NCBI GenBank assembly: GCA_947628785.1
Contig: CANRBE010000003.1
Span: 1-44,308, forward strand
DNA from: an uncultured Bacilli bacterium
GTDB taxonomy: Bacteria > Bacillota_I > Bacilli_A > RF39 > UBA660
DNA length: 44,308 bases
Direction of reading: 5' to 3'
A model generated the notes under the pieces. The model saw nothing but the letters and a program-made list of their open reading frames with translations. It was not told where the DNA came from and made no database searches. Shown piece by piece: positions 18,347-28,528 of the stretch. The position numbers and the translations under genes were made by a program. How positions within the stretch are numbered: the stretch's first letter is position 1; every line of letters starts with the position of its first letter.

Positions 18347-21280
18347 TTAAAGCTTTTTTATTTCATTTACAATAATTTGATATTTTTCAAATCGTCTTTC
18401 TACTTTACCAGATACTAAAATAATATCATCTATTTGAATATCAAAATATTTAGAAAAGATTTTAGGAAAAAGAATAAAATCCATATTATCCATTTCATCT
18501 TCACCAGTTATAAAACACATATTTTCTTTGTTTTTAGTTTGAATTACTCTAAAATTTTTAACCATGATAATCGTTTTAATATTTTGGTTAAAATATTTTG
18601 GTAAATCTTTTAAGCTTAAAGTATTTTGATAGATAGAACGATATTTAGTAACAGGATTATTAGTAAAATAAAAGCCAAAAACTTCATATTCTTTTTCCAT
18701 AATTTCTTTTGTTTGATACTCATCAAAATATTGTATATCTGGTCTTAAAGCATATTCTTCATCAATATCTTTAAGTAGTTCTCCATAATTGATAATAATA
18801 TCTAAATTAGATTTAATCGTTTTTCTGTTTAAACCAAACTCATCAAAACATCCAGCATCTATCAAACTAATTAAAACTTTTTTATTAACTGTTTTAGAAT
18901 ACATTCTTTTAATAAAATCATAAATATCTTTAAATAAACCTTTTTTTCTTTCTTCTACTATTAGGATTGCTACTACATCACCAACATTTTTAATATTGTT
19001 TAAAGGATATCTCAAACTATTTTTTTCGACTATATAACTAGTTCCACTATGATTAATACTAGGTTTTAAAACATTTAAATTATTGCATTTACATTCGTAA
19101 ATATAATCTTTAGTAGTTTTACTTCTACCTATAGAATTATTCATAATATTTTTCATAAAGTAAGCTTGATAATGAGCTTTTAAATAAGCCAGTTTATAAG
19201 CGATAAAAGCATAAGCAACTGAATGAGAACGATTATAACCATATTCGGCAAATTTTAAAAGTAAATCACTAACTTTTTTTACTGTATCTTTTTTATAACC
19301 TTTATTAATAGCTCGTCTAGTAAACTCTTCTAACTCTTTTTTCATCAGTTCATCTTTTTTCTTACTGATGGCTTTTCTTAAAATATCGGCTTCCCCTAAA
19401 GTGTAATCAGCCATCACATGAACTATCTGCATGATTTGTTCTTGATAAATAATAATACCATAAGTAGGTTTTAAAATAGCTTCTAAGGAAGAATCAATAT
19501 AATCCACCTTTTCAATACCTTGTTTTCTTTTTATATAAGTAGGGATAGATTTCATCGGTCCTGGTCGATAAAGGGCTAAAGCCGCAAAAATATCTTCAAA
19601 ACAATTAGGTTTTAACTTTCTTAAAAAATCTCGCATTCCTTCTTTTTCAAATTGAAATATCCCAATTGTATTAGCTGTTTTAAAAATATCTAAAGTTTTC
19701 TTATCATTCAAAGGTATTTTATCTAAATCTATTTTAATCCCACTATTTTTTAAATCTTTAACTATTTGACTTATGATAGTTAAATTTTTTAAGCCTAAAA
19801 AGTCCATTTTTAAAAGACCTAAATCTTCTAAGTATTCCATCGAATAACCAGATAAATACATACTTTTAGTACTGACTAAAGGAATATAATTATCTAAATC
19901 TTTACTAGATATTATAATACCAGCAGCATGTGAACTTATATTTTTTTTGATATTTTCTAATTTTAAAGCAACCTTAAATAAAGTATTAAAATAAGGTTTA
20001 GAATTAATATAATTTCTTAATTTACTATTTTTTTGATAATTATCCATCAAAGATAAATTTTTATGATTTTCATCTTTATCTTTCAACATACTACAAATAA
20101 TATCAGTTTCTTTAGGAGATATTTCCATAACCCTAGCTACATCTCTAATTACTAATTTTGGTTTTAAAGTGATATAAGTAATAATACCTGAAACTCTTTT
20201 TTTACCATATTTATTTATACAGTAATCAATCACCTCATTTCTTCTTGTATCTTCAATATCCATATCAATATCAGGCATACTAATTCGCATAGGATTTAAA
20301 AATCTTTCAAACAAAAGTCCATAAATAATTGGGTCAATATCAGTTATTCCTAAAAGATAAGCAACCAATGAACCCGCTGCACTTCCTCTGGCATGACATA
20401 AAATATCATTTTTCCTTGCATAATTAACATAATCCCAAACAACTAAAAAGTAATTAGAAAACCCCATTTTAGATATAACTTCTAATTCTTTTTTTAGTCT
20501 TTCAACATATATTTGATAAGTATTACTACCAAATCTTTTCTTCATTCCTTCAATACAAAGTTTTTTTAAATAAGTAAAAGCATCTAAAGATAAAGTATCA
20601 AAAACAGGAAGTAAAGTTTTATCACATGGTATAGTAATATCACAGTTATCAATTATTTCTTCGGTATAAGTCTTATATTCAACCATCCAATCTTCATTTA
20701 AATTATATTTAATAAAAGCATTAATAAGTGAATATTTATAAGTTTTATCTAAAGTAATACCTTTTTTTATAGCTTCTAAGTAAGGGACATAATTTAAATC
20801 ATCTATTTGAATAGAATTGATAAGAGGAATATATATAGTTTTTTCTTTTACTTTATTTTTTTCTTCTTCTTTAGTTACTCCCACATAAAACATTTCAAAA
20901 TAATGTTTTATTTTATCTAAAATTTGAAGACTAGAAATAGGTAAAATACAAATTAAATTATCACAATTTTTTAAAATAAAATCTAAAGTTAAAGTTTTAG
21001 AGGATAATAATGTAGATATTTTAGTTAGTTGTTGATATCCTTTGTAATTTTTCGCATACAAAAGTAAATTTAAATCATCTATTTTTACATCTAAACCGAT
21101 AATAGGTTTAATACCATTATCAAGACAAGCTTTATAAAATTCCATTACGCCATATAAAGTATCATCACAAATAGCTAAAGCTTTTAAATTATTTTCCTTA
21201 GCTATATTTATAAGCTTTGGAATTGTTATCATACTACTAAGTAAAGTATTTTCGGTTTTGACATAAAATGGTGTATACAT
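18347..21280 (-). CDS. dnaE: DNA polymerase III alpha subunit DnaE
   Basis: PHP-like N terminus, RGSAAGS, MPDIDMD, KMDFLGL, YRPGP, C-terminal OB fold. Confidence 0.95.
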   Translation of the reverse strand: MYTPFYVKTENTLLSSMITIPKLINIAKENNLKALAICDDTLYGVMEFYKACLDNGIKPIIGLDVKIDDLNLLLYAKNYKGYQQLTKISTLLSSKTLTLDFILKNCDNLICILPISSLQILDKIKHYFEMFYVGVTKEEEKNKVKEKTIYIPLINSIQIDDLNYVPYLEAIKKGITLDKTYKYSLINAFIKYNLNEDWMVEYKTYTEEIIDNCDITIPCDKTLLPVFDTLSLDAFTYLKKLCIEGMKKRFGSNTYQIYVERLKKELEVISKMGFSNYFLVVWDYVNYARKNDILCHARGSAAGSLVAYLLGITDIDPIIYGLLFERFLNPMRISMPDIDMDIEDTRRNEVIDYCINKYGKKRVSGIITYITLKPKLVIRDVARVMEISPKETDIICSMLKDKDENHKNLSLMDNYQKNSKLRNYINSKPYFNTLFKVALKLENIKKNISSHAAGIIISSKDLDNYIPLVSTKSMYLSGYSMEYLEDLGLLKMDFLGLKNLTIISQIVKDLKNSGIKIDLDKIPLNDKKTLDIFKTANTIGIFQFEKEGMRDFLRKLKPNCFEDIFAALALYRPGPMKSIPTYIKRKQGIEKVDYIDSSLEAILKPTYGIIIYQEQIMQIVHVMADYTLGEADILRKAISKKKDELMKKELEEFTRRAINKGYKKDTVKKVSDLLLKFAEYGYNRSHSVAYAFIAYKLAYLKAHYQAYFMKNIMNNSIGRSKTTKDYIYECKCNNLNVLKPSINHSGTSYIVEKNSLRYPLNNIKNVGDVVAILIVEERKKGLFKDIYDFIKRMYSKTVNKKVLISLIDAGCFDEFGLNRKTIKSNLDIIINYGELLKDIDEEYALRPDIQYFDEYQTKEIMEKEYEVFGFYFTNNPVTKYRSIYQNTLSLKDLPKYFNQNIKTIIMVKNFRVIQTKNKENMCFITGEDEMDNMDFILFPKIFSKYFDIQIDDIILVSGKVERRFEKYQIIVNEIKKL

Positions 21281-21367
21281 ATTAAAACCTCCAATTTTAG
21301 TATACTATATTTTTTTTTTTTTGACTATAAATTATAGATATGATATATTAATTTTAGGGAGGTATGT

Positions 21368-22321
21368 ATGCATCAAATAAGTAAAGTATTAGAAAATAAA
21401 AAAACAAAAGATAAAATTTTGATAAAATTTGAAGGAATAGAAAAGAAAAAAGATTTAGATTTAAATAAGATAGATAATTTGTTAGAAATTAGTTTAGAAA
21501 ATAAATTATGTAATTATAATGATATACCTAATATAGTATCTTTAGTTAAAACAATTTTAAAAGATTTTGATGAACAATATTTATTAATATCTTCTTCATC
21601 TGATTTTAAAGGTATAGAAAATTTTTATATTGTCGATTATATTAAAACTGATTTAAATAAATTTGCGATATATAAAAAACCTGATTTTTTTAATTCAGCT
21701 TTATTTGAATATCAAAAAAATAAGGAAATAAAATTTTCTATTAGTTTAGAACTTTCTAATAATTATAAAGAATTTTTTGATAAAAATGTTGATATTTTAG
21801 AAAAATTAAAAAAATTAGAACCTAAAAAGTTAGATGATGAAAGTAAACTTATCTGTCAGTTATATCAAATATTTTATAATGAAGCACCTGATTTTAGTAA
21901 GGATGAGACATTAAATAGAATTCAAAATATGGCTGTTATTTTATCTAGTTTTAACATTCACCTAAATTCTGATTATTATTTTAAAGTCGCCAAAGATAAA
22001 ATTATATCTTATCCATTACAAGTAAAAATAAATGATTTATTACCATTTGGTTTAATAGATAAAATCGATGAACCACTTGTTTTAAATAAAAAAATTATTG
22101 AAAAGATTAAAATAATTGGTGAAGAGATAAAAAACAAAACTAATTATGATTTAGACAAACTAAATAATTTAAGTTATCTTATTCATATTGCTCATTATAA
22201 TTTAAATAATACGGATAAAGAAACTATAAAAAAATATAATAAGGATAATAAATTTACTACTGAAGAAATAGAATATAATATTGGAATAATCCAAAAAACC
22301 TATCTAAAACTTAAAAATTAA
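21368..22321 (+). CDS. Hypothetical protein
   Basis: 317 aa ORF, SD GGAGG, upstream TTGACT...TATATT promoter-like sequence. Confidence 0.65.
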   Translation: MHQISKVLENKKTKDKILIKFEGIEKKKDLDLNKIDNLLEISLENKLCNYNDIPNIVSLVKTILKDFDEQYLLISSSSDFKGIENFYIVDYIKTDLNKFAIYKKPDFFNSALFEYQKNKEIKFSISLELSNNYKEFFDKNVDILEKLKKLEPKKLDDESKLICQLYQIFYNEAPDFSKDETLNRIQNMAVILSSFNIHLNSDYYFKVAKDKIISYPLQVKINDLLPFGLIDKIDEPLVLNKKIIEKIKIIGEEIKNKTNYDLDKLNNLSYLIHIAHYNLNNTDKETIKKYNKDNKFTTEEIEYNIGIIQKTYLKLKN

Positions 22322-22393
22322 CTAACTTTGTTTGACTTATTCTTTAGTTTATGGTAAAGTTATTTGGTAGATATTTATTTAAGGAGGGATAAT

Positions 22394-22594
22394 ATGGCAA
22401 AAAAAGTAACAAGTAAAACACCCCTATTTGGAAATAGACGTTCAAAATCTTATCGAGCTACTAGACATGCTCAAAAACCAAACTTACAAAAAGTAACACT
22501 AGCTAATGGTGAAAAAGTAATCATGAGTGCTAGAGAATTAAGAACTTTAAAAAAAATAAATGCCAGTAAAGAAATCAATGAAGTAGCTGCTTAA
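22394..22594 (+). CDS. rpmB: 50S ribosomal protein L28 (cysteine-free form)
   Basis: PLFGNRRSKS..ATR...KPNLQKV...SARELRTLKK; AAGGAGG before ATG 22394. Confidence 0.9.
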   Translation: MAKKVTSKTPLFGNRRSKSYRATRHAQKPNLQKVTLANGEKVIMSARELRTLKKINASKEINEVAA

Positions 22595-22666
22595 ATAAGC
22601 AGTTTTTTTCTATTTAAAATTGTAATTTAAAAAATAATGTGTTAGAATAACTAATCAGGTGATACT

Positions 22667-23155
22667 ATGAAAATATTAAAAATATTTAAGCAAATTAGAC
22701 AAGAATTATTAATTATCAAACCAGAATTTAAACTAGCTCATTTAAAAAATAAAATTGAAATTGAAAAAAGAAACTATCATAAATTAAAAAAAGATAAAGA
22801 AGAATGGATAAATAGTGATACGTTAGTTTCTTTAAATAACTGTTATATTCTAAAAAATAAAGACAATTTTTATATTGTTATTAAACATTTTTCTGAATTA
22901 AATGAAAAGGTTCCAATTGAAAAATGGGATGGTAATTATACAGGTTATTTAAAGGATATTTTTACTAACAACACTATTTGTCATTTTAAACAAACTATTA
23001 ATTACAAAAAAGAAAGTTTTGATTTTAATATATTATCAAAGAAATATTCAAATTATGAATTAGTTCCTATTTTAGATTATTTAGATGTTAATGATATCAA
23101 CAACAATCAAATACTAATGTCTAAATTAAAGGAATTATATATTAAAAACAAATAA
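22667..23155 (+). CDS. Hypothetical protein
   Basis: 162 aa ORF with SD AGGTGA. Confidence 0.6.
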   Translation: MKILKIFKQIRQELLIIKPEFKLAHLKNKIEIEKRNYHKLKKDKEEWINSDTLVSLNNCYILKNKDNFYIVIKHFSELNEKVPIEKWDGNYTGYLKDIFTNNTICHFKQTINYKKESFDFNILSKKYSNYELVPILDYLDVNDINNNQILMSKLKELYIKNK

Positions 23156-23157
23156 CA

Positions 23158-23196
23158 AAAAAATACCATTTTTCTAAATGAATTTGGTATTTTTTT
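23158..23196. terminator. Bidirectional terminator; near-copy of the hairpin at 23469-23506
   Basis: AAAAAATACCA...TGGTATTTTTT; the second copy has a compensatory A-T to G-C change and a near-identical loop. Confidence 0.75.
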
Positions 23197-23245
23197 ACTT
23201 TACTATTATTGTCGATTTTTACCGAACGCTTTTTCGTATTTTTTA

Positions 23246-23275
23246 TTGACTTTTTAGTTTACTTTATGTTAACAT
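23246..23275 (+). promoter_or_regulatory. SigmaA-type promoter of the candidate small-peptide mRNA (locus 1)
   Basis: TTGACT-18 nt-TAACAT with TGn extension. Confidence 0.55.
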
Positions 23276-23351
23276 ATTTTATCAAGACATACTCTATCGT
23301 CCAGGGGGTCGGTATTTTCCCTTTTTATTTTAAATTTAAAATAGAAAGGTG

Positions 23352-23450
23352 ATGATGCTTATTAGATTTTACTTTATAAGTTTTAATAAATATAATAAAA
23401 AACCAAGATTTAACATCTTAGAGTTTATTTATCATCAGTGTTTATTTTAG
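23352..23450 (+). CDS. Candidate 32-aa peptide MMLIRFYFISFNKYNKKPRFNILEFIYHQCLF (type I toxin position, possibly degenerate)
   Basis: GAAAGGTGA SD buried in hairpin 23320-23349; same layout as locus 41963-42055; less hydrophobic than typical toxins. Confidence 0.35.
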   Translation: MMLIRFYFISFNKYNKKPRFNILEFIYHQCLF

Positions 23451-23464
23451 CAAAAATAAATAAA

Positions 23465-23571
23465 CAACGAAAAATACCGTTTTCCTAAATGAATTCGGTA
23501 TTTTTCCTTTAAACAAAACAAAAGGGAAAATACCACTTGGGTATGTCTCTTTTTATGAAGTTTCCTTCATA
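23465..23571 (-). ncRNA. Candidate antisense sRNA (locus 1)
   Basis: Minus promoter TTGCTA-16 nt-TATTAT with TGn (23604-23577), 5' hairpin UGAAG-GAAA-CUUCA, terminator 23469-23506. Confidence 0.5.
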
Positions 23572-23789
23572 AATTAATAATATCATAATTTTTTACTTTA
23601 GCAAGTACTATTATTGTCAATTTTGGTAAACATTTTTAAATTTATTTTTTTTGAATTATCTTTATCAAAATTTTTATCTAAACATCTTAATCATTTTTTA
23701 TTGTTCTTTACATGTTATTATTAAAATCAATACTTGTTTTAGAATATGTTACACCAATACCTTTTTTAAAAATAATTAGTTTAAATAGT

Positions 23790-23912
23790 AAAAGAGGAAA
23801 ATTTCCTCTTTTTGCATTACCAAAATAAATACTTATTAGTTCACCGTAAAACTACATTGGTACTTCATGTAGTCTGCTAGATAAATAGTGGTAATACCTA
23901 TTTATCTATTTT
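23790..23912 (-). ncRNA. Candidate structured RNA (two hairpins, possible pseudoknot, terminator)
   Basis: Stems 23878-88/23898-908 and 23851-57/23867-73; loop 23889-97 complementary to 23814-22; terminator 23790-23812. Confidence 0.4.
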
Positions 23913-23940
23913 TAACATACTCAATTTTAAAAAAAATATT

Positions 23941-24780
23941 CTAAATTTTAGAATGTTCATAACTATCGACATTTATAACCATTCCAACTACTAAAACATA
24001 AGACAAAAAATAAATCCAAAGCATTAAAACAATAATAGATGACAAACCACCATAAAATATATCATAATGAGCTATATTACTAGTATAAAAAGAATATATA
24101 GCAGTTGATAATATCCAACCAAAAGTCGTAAATAAAGCTCCTTTATTAAAATATTTACTTTCAATTACTTTATTTAAAGAGGCTACAAAAATAAGTCTAA
24201 TTATATAAAAAATTGTAAAAAAAGCAAGTGGCCATTTTAAAAAACTAAATAAAGTATAAATAAGTCCAAAACTAGATATTATTTTATACTTTACTAAAGT
24301 ATGATAAATAACACTACTAAACCCTAAACCGATTAACACAAAAGTAAATAAAAGAATTAAAACTAATGTTAAAACAATTGCTTTGATACGATGAAATAAA
24401 ACATCTTTAGTTTCTGTATGATATAAAGTATTAGAAGCAATTATAATCGAATGTAAACCAGTTGACGAAAAAATAAAACCAGCACAAATATAAATAAACA
24501 TATTTGATTGTTTAAAAGCTACTTGATGAAAAAAAGGAGCTAGTAATTCTGTTACTTCTTTAGGCATATACATGTCTAAAAAATTGACAACCAATTGATA
24601 TGAATCTGTAAAGTGAGTTCCTACTATCCCTATTAAAGTAATAATAGGTATTAAAGATAAGACCAAAAAAAAGGCTATATTTCCAGGTAATATTCGCATT
24701 TCTGGTCGTTTTACAATATTAAATATTCTTTTTATATAATGTTTCATTTTATTTTTTAAATTATTATTTATTTTATCCAT
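23941..24780 (-). CDS. YihY/virulence factor BrkB family membrane protein
   Basis: IAFFLVLSLIP, GALFT..GW, YD.FYGGLSSIIVLMLWIY. Confidence 0.9.
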   Translation of the reverse strand: MDKINNNLKNKMKHYIKRIFNIVKRPEMRILPGNIAFFLVLSLIPIITLIGIVGTHFTDSYQLVVNFLDMYMPKEVTELLAPFFHQVAFKQSNMFIYICAGFIFSSTGLHSIIIASNTLYHTETKDVLFHRIKAIVLTLVLILLFTFVLIGLGFSSVIYHTLVKYKIISSFGLIYTLFSFLKWPLAFFTIFYIIRLIFVASLNKVIESKYFNKGALFTTFGWILSTAIYSFYTSNIAHYDIFYGGLSSIIVLMLWIYFLSYVLVVGMVINVDSYEHSKI

Positions 24781-24818
24781 TACTTATCTCCTTTACATGA
24801 TTATGAAAAAGCCAAAAA

Positions 24819-26852
24819 TTAACGATTTTGGCTTTCTTCTTTATTATTTTTCATTTCAATAGTTGCTTCATTAATCGCATCATCTAATGATTTGATACCA
24901 TCTAAAATCATACTATAACCCATCGCTACTCCAAAACCATGAGCTAATTCTCTAAAATCTTTGTTTAATTTTCTAATATACATAAGAATTTGTTTTTCTT
25001 CATAACCAACTAAATAAATTAAAAATTCATTTCCACTAGTCCTAATTATTTCAGTATTTTCTACTTGATTTTGAATTAAGATATTCGCAGCCTCAATAAT
25101 TACTTTATCCCCTTCTTCATGTCCATAGTTGTCATTGATATAAGCAATATTATTTAAATCAACTACAATAACAGCTTGAGGATATATTTCACTATCATCC
25201 CATTTACTTATTGACTTATTCAAATAGTTTCTATTTTTAAGAGATGTCAAAGCATCAATATATCTTAATTTATCTTCCCTACTTATACCAGGTTCTTTTT
25301 TGTCTTTTTTTACTTTTTTCATACTAATTAATATCAATAATAAAACTAATAAAATTAAAACCACAATAGCTATATAAGGACCAACTTTGACAATCGGACT
25401 TGTATAAAACAAATTCATATCGGTTTTATCAACATAATCTTTTAAATCGATAAAGTTTAAATAAAAATTAAAATATTCATTGAAAACTTTATTTTCATCA
25501 TCATTATTTAATATAAACGAATAACCATCATTTAAATTTTCTTGATAAACTACTTTATAATTTTTTAATTTGTTAGCTTTATAACTCATAAAACTAGATT
25601 TATCCATAACTAAAATATCATCTTTAGAATCAATAAGTTGTTTTAATCTACCATAATTTTTAGTTTTAATACCATATTCATCTAAAATAGATAAAATCTT
25701 ACTATCATCTACTACCGATACTTTCTCAAACTTTAAACTAGCTAAAGATTGTACTGGTAATTCACTATCATTTTTAGTTAAAACAACAAGTTCTAAAGGC
25801 ATATAGTTATCAGTTTTAGACATATCTATATCATATTTTTCAACATTAGTATTATCAAAATAAATATCTATTTTACCATTATTAAAATCATCTATTAAAG
25901 AAGCTATATTCTTATATGACTTCCAAGTTATTTCTGAGTCAGTCAAATCAGATATTTCTTTCATTATTTTTTCATTTGAACCAATTAGTTGTTTACTTTT
26001 AATAGCGTTATAAGGAGCTGTTTCTACTAGTCCATATACATAATTCTTTTTACTAGTAAACTCAGTTTTATCTTCTTCTGATATGTTTTTATACGCAAAA
26101 TAAGTATTGGTAAAGTTTTCTGACAAAGTATTTTCATAGTATTTTTCCATCCAAGTTTTGATATACTTTTTAAGTACTTTGTTTAAACTTTCATCATCTC
26201 CAAAACGTAATACTATATCTGAAGTCATATCAGATAAATGATAAGCTATATTTAAAGTATCACTAGTTACTATTGATTGCATATTTAAAAGTTCTGGGAC
26301 TATTATACCTTCGATAGAACTATTTGGTTTATTTATTTCTTCTATTAATTGATTATAACTAGAATATTCTTTCAAATTGATATTTTGATTAGCTTTTAAA
26401 TAATAATTAGCATCTTTTAAGTCTTTACTAACTACTCCAATATTAGTTAAATTAATGTCTTTAACTGTTTGATATTTGGTATCTTTAGTAGTTAATAAAA
26501 CAAAGTGATCTTGATAGATAGATATATCATCTTTATTTTTTTCTTTAGTCAATATTATCCCTAATCCTTCTGGTTCTTCTTCATCCAAATTATAAGGAAG
26601 AGGGTTTAACTCTAAACCTAAATCTTTTTTGATTTGTTCAGATAGTTTGAATAAAACTCCAGTACCATTTTCATTAAATACTGGAACATTATTAACAAAA
26701 GATATATCAACTACTTCATTTTTATTTTTTTCTAACCAGTCTTGTTCCATACTAGTAAGTTTATTATCATTTTTACTATTTTTATAAAAATAAAAACCAC
26801 CTAAAACAACTACTAAAACAAGAACTAGTATTAGCCATTTTTTCTTTTTCAT
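24819..26852 (-). CDS. Membrane sensor with extracellular solute-binding-like domains and a degenerate GGDEF domain (SGNEF)
   Basis: Two TMs; DALTSLKNR, DLNN...INDNYGHEEGD, RTSGNEF. Confidence 0.85.
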   Translation of the reverse strand: MKKKKWLILVLVLVVVLGGFYFYKNSKNDNKLTSMEQDWLEKNKNEVVDISFVNNVPVFNENGTGVLFKLSEQIKKDLGLELNPLPYNLDEEEPEGLGIILTKEKNKDDISIYQDHFVLLTTKDTKYQTVKDINLTNIGVVSKDLKDANYYLKANQNINLKEYSSYNQLIEEINKPNSSIEGIIVPELLNMQSIVTSDTLNIAYHLSDMTSDIVLRFGDDESLNKVLKKYIKTWMEKYYENTLSENFTNTYFAYKNISEEDKTEFTSKKNYVYGLVETAPYNAIKSKQLIGSNEKIMKEISDLTDSEITWKSYKNIASLIDDFNNGKIDIYFDNTNVEKYDIDMSKTDNYMPLELVVLTKNDSELPVQSLASLKFEKVSVVDDSKILSILDEYGIKTKNYGRLKQLIDSKDDILVMDKSSFMSYKANKLKNYKVVYQENLNDGYSFILNNDDENKVFNEYFNFYLNFIDLKDYVDKTDMNLFYTSPIVKVGPYIAIVVLILLVLLLILISMKKVKKDKKEPGISREDKLRYIDALTSLKNRNYLNKSISKWDDSEIYPQAVIVVDLNNIAYINDNYGHEEGDKVIIEAANILIQNQVENTEIIRTSGNEFLIYLVGYEEKQILMYIRKLNKDFRELAHGFGVAMGYSMILDGIKSLDDAINEATIEMKNNKEESQNR

Positions 26853-26860
26853 TTCATCAC

Positions 26861-27316
26861 CTAATTATTGCTCCAAACAATGCCATCAGATGAATTGTTT
26901 TTATACCCAATTATTGGATATTCATTCTCTTCTTGACACTCTTTACATGTATAAATAATTTGGACATCATAATATTTTTTTTCTTCGTCACTTAATTCTT
27001 TTAAGACATCCTCACTTAAATTTTGAGCATATTTTTTATCTGTATCTTCCTTTACGTCAATAGTAAAAGTTATCTCTTTAGTTACGATATTGATATTAAC
27101 ACTATTAAATTCATCTTTTTTTTCAAGATTTTCTTCGATAGATTTTTTACTACTTGAACTTATTTCTACATCTTTTTTACCATAAAGTCTAGAATCTTCT
27201 TTATAAGTAAACATAATTTGATAAATGATAATTGCTGCGATTAATAAAATAAGAAAAATAATTATTAATGCTGTAATTATTTTATGATTTTTAATGAAGT
27301 TTTTTACTTTATCCAT
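26861..27316 (-). CDS. Hypothetical membrane-anchored protein
   Basis: N-terminal TM; C-terminal YDVQ...YPIIGYKN....IVW. Confidence 0.65.
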   Translation of the reverse strand: MDKVKNFIKNHKIITALIIIFLILLIAAIIIYQIMFTYKEDSRLYGKKDVEISSSSKKSIEENLEKKDEFNSVNINIVTKEITFTIDVKEDTDKKYAQNLSEDVLKELSDEEKKYYDVQIIYTCKECQEENEYPIIGYKNNSSDGIVWSNN

Positions 27317-27434
27317 AAAAAGTCTTCCTTTCTAAAATAAATATTATACATTATTGTATCTGTTAAAGCAAATATTTTTATGTTATTCTAATTATTATTA
27401 TACAAAATAGAAGGTAAAAAATCAACATAAAAAG

Positions 27435-27953
27435 CTATAATAACATCGAGGTAATTATTATAGCACTTACAATACCAACTATATCAGCAAACAAGCCAAC
27501 ATATAATGAATATCTTATTTTTTTAATACCGATACTACCAAAATATAAAGTCAAAACATAAAAAGTAGTATCTGTACTACCTTGAATTACACTAGCTATT
27601 GTTCCAATTAAACTATCTGGACCATATTTTTTAAATAAGCCATTTAAAATAGCTAAAGTACTACTTCCAGATATTGGTCGCATAACTATCATTGGCAATA
27701 TTTCAAAAGGTATTTTCCAATAAGAAAAAATAGGTTTTAAAAACGAAAAAAACCAATCTAATACTCCACTTTTAGTAAAAATATTAACTCCAAGTATCAT
27801 TCCTAATAAACAGGGAAACATAGTCGTAATCATCGGAAAACTAGACTTAGCCCCTTTTACAAATTCATCATATAAATCAATTCTTTTAATAAAACCATGA
27901 ATTATTATTATTAAAACTAATATTGGTATTATCATATTAGAAATTAAAGTCAT
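27435..27953 (-). CDS. spmB: Spore maturation protein B
   Basis: YDEFVKGAK, MRPISGS, QGSTDTTFYVLTLYFGS. Confidence 0.93.
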   Translation of the reverse strand: MTLISNMIIPILVLIIIIHGFIKRIDLYDEFVKGAKSSFPMITTMFPCLLGMILGVNIFTKSGVLDWFFSFLKPIFSYWKIPFEILPMIVMRPISGSSTLAILNGLFKKYGPDSLIGTIASVIQGSTDTTFYVLTLYFGSIGIKKIRYSLYVGLFADIVGIVSAIIITSMLL

Positions 27954-28528
27954 TTTATCCTCCTAGATATAATTCTATCTAAAATAAGTCCAGCTATTGT
28001 TGATAAGGATGTTGCTATAATACAAGGTAAAACAATTGCTGTTGGAGTTATACTTTTATACATCATTCTAAGTGATATTATCGTTGTAGGTATGATTGTT
28101 ACTCCTGATGTATTTAAAACTAAAAAGGTAATCATACTTCTTGAGGCAGTATCTTTTTTATTATTTAATGTTTGTAAAGACTCCATTGCTTTTAAACCAA
28201 AAGGGGTTGCGGCATTACCTAAGCCAAACATATTAGCAACAATATTAGAAGCTATAAAACTTAATGACTCATGACCATATGGAATATCAGGAAATATTTT
28301 AGTTAAAAGTATCGATAATTTATTTGCAAAAATATTAAGCAGACCACTACTAGATGCTATCTGCATAATTCCTAACCACAAAGCCATAACTGGAAATATT
28401 TTAAAAATCATGTCAATAGCACTTTTAGTACAGTTTAGTATTTCATCATTTATTAATTTTATATTACCTGTAAAAAAACAAAAAACAATTCCTGATATGA
28501 TAAAAAAACCCCATATTTTATTTACCAT
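27950..28528 (-). CDS. spmA: Spore maturation protein A
   Basis: MVNKIW, WLGIM, ANMFGLGNAATPFGLKAM, FLVLNTS. Confidence 0.93.
   Translation of the reverse strand: MVNKIWGFFIISGIVFCFFTGNIKLINDEILNCTKSAIDMIFKIFPVMALWLGIMQIASSSGLLNIFANKLSILLTKIFPDIPYGHESLSFIASNIVANMFGLGNAATPFGLKAMESLQTLNNKKDTASRSMITFLVLNTSGVTIIPTTIISLRMMYKSITPTAIVLPCIIATSLSTIAGLILDRIISRRIK

Noticed and set aside
23836-23856. CACCGTAAA resembling purine riboswitch loop L3
   Set aside because: No GATATGG loop, TTTCTAC junction or P1; no purine gene downstream
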